Shown piece by piece: positions 1-64,000 of a DNA stretch of 64,000 bases. Under the pieces are notes generated by a model. It did not search any database. It saw only the letters and a list, made by a program, of their open reading frames with translations, and was not told the origin of the DNA. The DNA lies in NCBI RefSeq assembly GCF_006345805.1, contig NC_043019.1, forward strand, positions 27,713,360 through 27,777,359. The letters are read 5' to 3'. Source of the stretch: Octopus sinensis (lineage: Eukaryota). Position numbers and translations under genes: made by a program. Position 1 is the first letter of the stretch. Each line of letters begins with the position of its first letter.

Positions 1-805
1 TCTACGTTAATCACAAATCTATTTTGATTTGTTGGTTAGCGTATTAGATAGAAAAAGAAATTAGCTAAGGAATTTAAAGTCGTTTTTCTTCACAACTAAG
101 TTATCTTTCTTCTTGTAAATAAATATAAAATGTTATATTTATATAAATAAAATAATTAAAAAGAAAATCTTTCTCTTCACGTTTGTTTTTCAACTGAGCA
201 GAGATAAATATGCATTTCTGTAATCTTTGTTTTACGTTTCTTATAGCGGTTTAAAGGACACGATTAAAATATTCAACATACATGGTCGTTGAGTTAGCGT
301 TCCATACGTATATGTCTATATGACGTTACAACTGCAGTTAGGGTTAAAGATTCAATGATAACACTTTAGTATAAGTGACGATAAATCATTATATTTTCCC
401 TTACTCAGAGGAAAGCCTAAATAAATAATATAACTTAAGAGAAAGCTTAAGGTAGAATAAACCGACAGCCACCGTAGGAAACCTGCAACAGCCCTACTTA
501 TTACAATGGGTAGTCCACTTTACTCTGTTAGGAGCATAGGACTATTTCCCAATTTCTTTAGTGTATATATCCCTCCTTAGATGGGACATTGGTCCATTGC
601 AGGATTAACTCATTTTTACCAGCTGAGTGGTAATGAAGAGTTTTACTCAAGAACACAATACATTGCCTGAACCAGGAATTGAAACTGCAATCATATGATT
701 ATGAGTTCAACACCCTCACTCCACTACTTTTTACAATAACTGGAGCTATTTTACTGTGGACAAGGCACATAACACTGGATGGAAAAAGTAAAACAAAAAT
801 AAACA

Positions 806-1185
806 GGAGTGGCTGTGTGGTAAGTAGCTTGTTTACCAACCACATGGTTCCGGGTTCAGTCCCACTGCGTGGCACCTTGGGCAAGTGTCTTCTGCTATAG
901 CCTCGGGCCGACCAAAACCATGCGAGTGGATTTGGTAGACGGAAACTGAAAGAAGCCCGTCGTATATATGTATATATATATGTGCGTGTGTGTGTGTTTG
1001 TGTGTCTGTGTTTGTCCCCCTAGCATTGCTTGACAACCGATGCTGGTGTGTTTATGTCCCCGTTACTTAGCGGTTCAGCAAAAAGAGACCGATAGAATAA
1101 GTACTGGGCTTAGAAAAGAATAAGTCCTGGGTTCGATTAAAGGCGGTGCTCCAGTATGGCCGCAGTCAAATGACTGAAACAAGTA
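806..1185 (+). mobile_element. tRNA-derived octopus-type SINE (family A)
   Basis: Head gtggctgtgtggtaag...ggttcagtcccactg (Pol III A/B-box-like) and tail gactgaaacaagtaaaa. Other copies at about 1860-2245, 2680-3000 (-), 11420-11820, 15030-15180, 19745-19910, 62290-62510 (-). Confidence 0.85.
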
Positions 1186-3308
1186 AAAAAAAAAAAAAAA
1201 AAAAAAAAGAACCACAAAAAATTATAAAAATTTAAGGTCACCAGAGTTGGTATACTGCAACAAAGGAAAATAAAACAAAATTCTTCTTTGAAAAAGGGCC
1301 AAAGTGCATGGAAACACCCAAATTTACCATTTCCCATAGCATATGATTAATTATGCTTGCTCAAGATAGCATGACTGATATGAAGTAAGTTTATTTTCAC
1401 TATTTCACAGATGAGGGTGAAAACAATTATTCCACCAAATAAATTAATCACCTGAAGTATTGAAGCTGGTTGAACCTTAGATGATAGAATCTTGACAACT
1501 CTTTGGGTTTTTGCCTCAGTTCATGTTGTTGTTGCTTAGCTCTAAGAAACACGCTGGACGAAATGCTTAGCGGTATTTCGTCTGCTGCTATGTTCTGAGT
1601 TCAAATTCCGCCGAGGTTGACTTTGCCTTTCATCCTTTTGGGGCCGATTAAATAAGTACCAGTTATGCACTGGGGTCGGTATAATCGACTTAATCCGTTT
1701 GTTGTCCTATCTATGTTTAGCCCCTTGTGGGTAGTAGGAAATGGGTAAATCTATGATCAAAGACATTCTAACCATGACCGTCTAGTCATTTCAGGCATAT
1801 TTTATCTCAATCTACTGTCTTTTCCATCATATATGTCTAATTTTTCAAACTAAAATTTACGTGGCTGTGTGGTAAGTAGCTTGTTTACCAACCACATGGT
1901 TCCGGGTTCAGTCCCACTGCGTGGCACCTTGGGCAAGTGTCTTCTACTATAGCCTCGGGCCGACCAAAGCCTTGTGAGTGGATTTGGTAGACGGAAACTG
2001 AAAGAAGCCCGTCGTATATATGTATATATATATATGCGTGTGTGTGTTTGTGTATCTGTGTTTGTGCCCCCAACATCGCTTGACAACCAATGCTGGTGTG
2101 TTTATGTCCCTGTTACTTAGCGGTTCAGCAAAAGAGACCGATAGAATAAGTACTGGGCTTACAAAGAATAAACTCCCAGGGTCGAGTTGCTCGATTAAAG
2201 GCGGTGCACTAGCATGGCCGCAGTCAAAATGACTGAAACAAGTAAAAGAAAAAAGAGAAAAATAAAAGAAAAAGAAAAGTAAAAGGAAAGGGCAGTCAAA
2301 TTCTCCAATAAGACGACCTTGGAGGACCAAAGATTTCATGTGAAATACAGCGGATTTGGAAAGATAGTGATGATTTTTAATGTTTACATTACATACTATG
2401 TTGATTTGCATGTGTTGAAAAAAATGGTACATTACACAATATCTCAAAAGTCCAATTGTTTTACATTTTAAAGATAGCAGAGTGAGATGTGGTACTTTTG
2501 ACTGCTATTTCCTTTGCTGAAGGACCAGGTAAAGGTTCTCTCATTGGTTAACACAATATACGGACAGATAATGGATTGTCTGCTTATATTTTAACATATG
2601 TTGCTCTAGCTGAAATGAACAGCCATTAGCCAAAATAAACTAGCCCCCTTGTAGGGTATTCTTTTATTCTTTATTTTTATTTGTTTCCATCATTTGACTG
2701 TGGCCATGCTGGAGAACTGCCTCTAGTCAAATAAATCGAACCCAGATCTTATTCTTTGTAAGCCTAGTATTTATTCTATCGAGGCACGCCACCATTGGTT
2801 GTTAAGCAATGGTGGGGGGACAAACACAGACATACAAACACACACACGATGGGCTTCTTTCAGTTTCCATCTACCAAAATCCATCGCAAGGCTTTGGTCA
2901 GCCCAAAGCTATATAGTAGAAGACACTTGCCCAAGGTGCCATGCAGTGGGACTGATCACGGAACCATGTAGTTGGTAAGCTACTTACCACACAGCCACTC
3001 CTGTACCTACCTTTTCCAGAGGAACATTCCCATAAAAATTTCTGCCATATGAAAACACCACAATCATGATGCAATTGTTTAAGATGCTAGAAATAACAGT
3101 CAAATATCTCTCAAATGAAGAAAAGATACATTTGATAATGTATCCCTAGAAAAATTATAAATACAAAAAAAGTCAGGATGGTCATGGCTGGAATGTTTTT
3201 GATCATAGGTCTGCTGAACTTAGCCTGCTCTGTGGCTAATCAGAACAACAACATCAACAAATACAACACTAAGAAATGAAGTATTATGAAATATATTCTG
3301 ATTCTTAC

Positions 3309-63251
<59,943 letters not shown>

Positions 63252-63715
63252 CTGAAAAATATAAGAAAAAGGAAAACTTAATGAAGGTTTAGAATGGCAT
63301 AACAATTAATTTGGTATTTTAATTGAATAACTGATTCTTTACAGAAACACAAACCTTACATTTTCTTATGCAAATGATTTTGTTGAAGTAATATATATAT
63401 ATAACAATACAACAAATTAGACATACTGTGGTAAAAATATGTGTATGTGTGTGTGGGTGTGGGTGTACATACACACACACACACACAAAATGATATGATA
63501 AAATACATACATGCATACATATATAAAATTAATATAAACAGTAGGTTGCAATATTTCACCAAAAAGGATAATTATAATTGTCACTAAATTTGACTAAGGT
63601 GTTAAGAAACAACCACATTGCTAGAAATATCAGCTAAAATGCTCTAATGCTGTAGTTAATGCACATGAATCAAAGCATATACACTAACAGGGACCTGAAG
63701 TGTCCGAAAAATGCT

Positions 63716-63786
63716 GATCAAGAATTCTTAATACTGATGTCAGTTTCGGCAATTTCTGTTGCCTCATCAGTTAAGCTTGCTTGATC
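63716..63786 (-). ncRNA. Type I hammerhead ribozyme, canonical core, intronic, sense to host gene
   Basis: GAUCAAG caag CUUAA CUGAUGA GGCAA cagaaa UUGCC GAAA CUGA ca UCAG UA^ UUAAG aauu CUUGAUC: all core nucleotides present, three helices, internal loop in stem I. Confidence 0.87.
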
Positions 63787-63815
63787 TCATCTTCTTCAGC
63801 TTGCTTCTCTATTAG

Positions 63816-63822
<7 letters not shown>

Positions 63823-63867
<45 letters not shown>

Positions 63868-64000
63868 TGTGTACAGTGCTCAGGTGCACTACAACTCATC
63901 TAAAGTGTATATATAATCAGGTGTAGTTTCGGCGGATTTCGGAAAGCATGAGGGCCTTAAAGGATGCAGTGTCATGGCAGTCAACAACTGATGCAGGCAG
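63823..64000 (-). mobile_element. CR1/L2-type LINE 3' end (same family as 10640-11026), truncated by the window edge
   Basis: LPASVVDCHDTASFKALML..., shared ggtgcacctgagcactgta-like motif and (ATT)n tail. Confidence 0.8.

Noticed and set aside
720-774. Strong minus-strand acceptor at 775 that would end the protein with VLCALSTVK-stop
   Set aside because: The pyrimidine tract is the complement of an A-rich stretch next to a SINE, and there is no supporting homology. Left unresolved.
63684-63709. Plus-strand GGAC-loop-GTCC-GAAA next to the canonical HHR
   Set aside because: Preceded by CTAACAG rather than CUGANGA, with no stem III or NUH; at most a relic.

Overview
AT-rich, microsatellite- and SINE-dense animal genomic DNA. 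The repeat families look like octopus (coleoid cephalopod) sequence; this is an inference from the repeats. One large minus-strand gene spans nearly the whole window. I reconstructed 22 coding exons by hand, all with AG/GT boundaries and matching phases (3396 nt, 1132 codons, both ends unresolved). They encode an extracellular mosaic protein: SEA1 - Pro/Thr linker built from 21-57 nt microexons - SEA2 - mucin block (about 11 x 18 aa, each with an N-F-T sequon) - LDLa - MAM - MAM - MAM. The two SEA modules are an intragenic duplication whose exon differences are almost all amino-acid-changing, while some intron blocks are nearly identical. The introns carry tRNA-derived SINEs and decayed RTE, CR1/L2, R4-like, Penelope-like, Tc1/mariner and Chapaev-like elements, plus several long foldbacks. 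The most unexpected signal is a set of hammerhead ribozyme (HHR) motifs. These are a canonical type I HHR in the gene's sense orientation at 63716-63786, a family with a palindromic stem III and a very large loop II (16078-16209, 40357-40440, plus relics), and a foldback carrying back-to-back minimal HHRs (15514-15659). Penelope-like RT/GIY-YIG remnants, their likely source, occur in the same window. Almost all ORFs in the supplied track are microsatellite or antisense artefacts.
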